Part shown: positions 62,201 to 64,000 of the stretch, piece after piece
How the letters are laid out: each line of letters opens with the position of its first letter
How positions within the stretch are numbered: the first letter of the stretch is position 1
Assembly: GCF_006345805.1 (NCBI RefSeq)
Contig: NC_042999.1
Span: 100,502,001 to 100,566,000 of the forward strand
From: Octopus sinensis
Lineage: Eukaryota
DNA length: 64,000 nt
Reading direction: 5' to 3'
The notes under the pieces: model-generated
Databases searched by the model: none
Told to the model about the DNA's origin: nothing
The model's input: only the letters and a program-made list of their open reading frames with translations
Position numbers and translations under genes: made by a program

Positions 62201-63599
62201 TAGAAATGCCCAGTATCTACACCAATATTACAATAAAATCTTTTCACTTTCACTACTTCATCTTTAGTTTATGTGTACAATTAGAAGTAAAATCAAACTT
62301 TATACTAGAGAACTGCAATTTTTAATGCAGTACACTGCTGTGCATTCCTTTACAGAAAAGTTTAGTATGTGCACCCATCTATTTTAAAACAATTTAACAC
62401 TCTTTTTATATAATCAAACTTGAAATGCTCATGTGCTGTATACTTGTAGCACCTTATTCAGTGCACTGGTTGAAAATTACTAATCTGGAAAAAGGGTTTG
62501 TGCTGATGTCTTGTGTGGGCTCTTTAATATTGAAACAATGATTATGGTGTCTGGTATGCTAAATCAGGAACTTTTGAGATGAAGGTATTATTGTTTTAAC
62601 CAGGTCAGCTTTAACTGACCAGAGTATGGTGAAAGGCATTCCACCCATGAACATCTCATTTTTTCTTCACTCAGTGTATCTAAGATGTTATCCATCTACT
62701 TCCTTTTGTTAAAAATAGGATGTGAACTGAAGGATATTTGGCTGCTATTTCTTGAAGCTCCTTTCTTGGTTAGTATGTAGTGTATGTTGTTGCACAAACA
62801 TTTAACCAACTTTGCCCTAAGCCCATCACTAAGTTGCTTACTAATTATAGTGACTGTTCTTATTTACTCTAGAAATAAGTTTGACAGCTTACAGTATTAA
62901 TTAACATAGTGTGTTGTTTAAAAGAAAACTGTAAATGACTGGAGCTAGCACAGACAAAAAGTAAAAATAAAAATCACTTGAAAACAAGACCAGAAGTTCA
63001 ATGGATTCACTCTTTGCTCTTAAGCTAGAAGCCACCATTAGCAGCTCATTTGCTCCATCACACATCCTTAATGCTAAAGATAAGAGTTATTACATCCATA
63101 GCTGAATAAAATTAGGTACTGAAATACCTTTTTTAATTTTTTTTTGTCAGTTGATTACGTTTTACAGCCTGTGGCTTTTAGGAGATGCTGGATCTCTGTC
63201 AAAGAAGTTTTTTTACTTTTGCTAGCATCTGCCTCAGCTGTTCTGGTGCTTCAACCTTGCAATCACCTGTGGTAAAGTGGTGGATGTTTTAGGGATGACT
63301 TAAAAGATTTTCGTGGGAAACATCAGTCTCTTCTGGAGCAATGTACAATTACTGGGAGTGTGTATACCTGTTTTGATTATTAACTAATTTTCTTTCTTTG
63401 CCCCCCTCCCTCACCATTTTCTTACTGTTTACTTTAGTAAAATAAGTACTTTTGATGACGTACACAAGTTATTGGGAGTAACTTCAGACAAGAGCTTATT
63501 CTGTCATAATCTTAATTGACCTATCAGTTTATTAAGGCACAGAATAACACTTGTAACACAGAAAGGATAGTTATGTTCTTCGATTATAATATAATGTTC

Positions 63600-64000
63600 A
63601 TGCTTTTTCAAAAACATTAGCAGTAGAAGTAATGTGATCCGAAGCCATTCGCAACTAGGATAACTTATGGGAATATGACTTTTTGTGTGTGTCTTTCGTC
63701 TAACACGCAATTTAACTTCTCCGTCATGAGCCAAAGAGGTAACCTCCACATTAGTCATGGGCAAAATACGACTCGCAGAATTTCCCAAATGGCACAACTA
63801 ACGAAAAAAATCACCCTTAATCTTTTTAGTAATGCGGCCCACTTCTCAAAAAAGGTTGTCCATCCTTGTTCCTACGTGATCGCCCGACATGCTAGAAATA
63901 GCAGCCAAATCTCCCTGATATTACAACCTACTGTTTAAAAAAAGAACATGTTAGACAACGTAGTCTGCTGTCCATACAAAAAAGGCAGGATGATCATAGC
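63600..64000 (-). promoter_or_regulatory. CpG-retaining non-repeat segment, candidate promoter/5' region of the Rab20-like gene
   Basis: CpGs reappear abruptly (gatccgaagccattcg, tttcgtctaacacgc, atacgactcgc, tacgtgatcgcccgac) after about 37 kb of CpG-poor DNA; candidate minus-strand donor AACA|gtaaga at 63425. Confidence 0.4.

Overview
AT-rich, repeat-dense animal genomic DNA, most likely an octopod cephalopod (inferred from recognisable tRNA-headed SINE families, RTE LINE tails and very long microsatellites; no database search was possible). Two spliced host genes converge tail-to-tail. The first is a 218-aa four-TM claudin/PMP22-superfamily gene on + (coding exons 21729-21999, 34370-34522, 35417-35649). 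The second is a Rab20-like small GTPase on - (coding exons 54272-54179, 44535-44479, 42226-42114, 41493-41139; the start-codon exon was not resolved). The rest is mobile-element material: several SINE families, RTE LINEs of different ages (one with a 395-codon open frame carrying a PHD finger inside the RT region), Tc1, mariner and maT relics, pogo-type and piggyBac-type MITEs, two copies of one non-autonomous Helitron, a probable solo LTR, and Chapaev3-, Merlin- and hAT-like relics. The most notable observations are: (i) a tRNA-headed element with a Penelope-type minimal hammerhead ribozyme tail in an inverted arrangement (13.8-14.2 kb), plus a second unrelated degenerate hammerhead near the claudin start; (ii) nested long palindromes (18.8-19.5 kb and 23.5-26.1 kb) that would give long dsRNA; (iii) a pre-miRNA-like intronic hairpin at 33.4 kb; (iv) a sharp CpG-rich to CpG-poor transition near 26.2 kb that reverts near 63.6 kb; (v) non-canonical G3/G4 motifs in the Rab.
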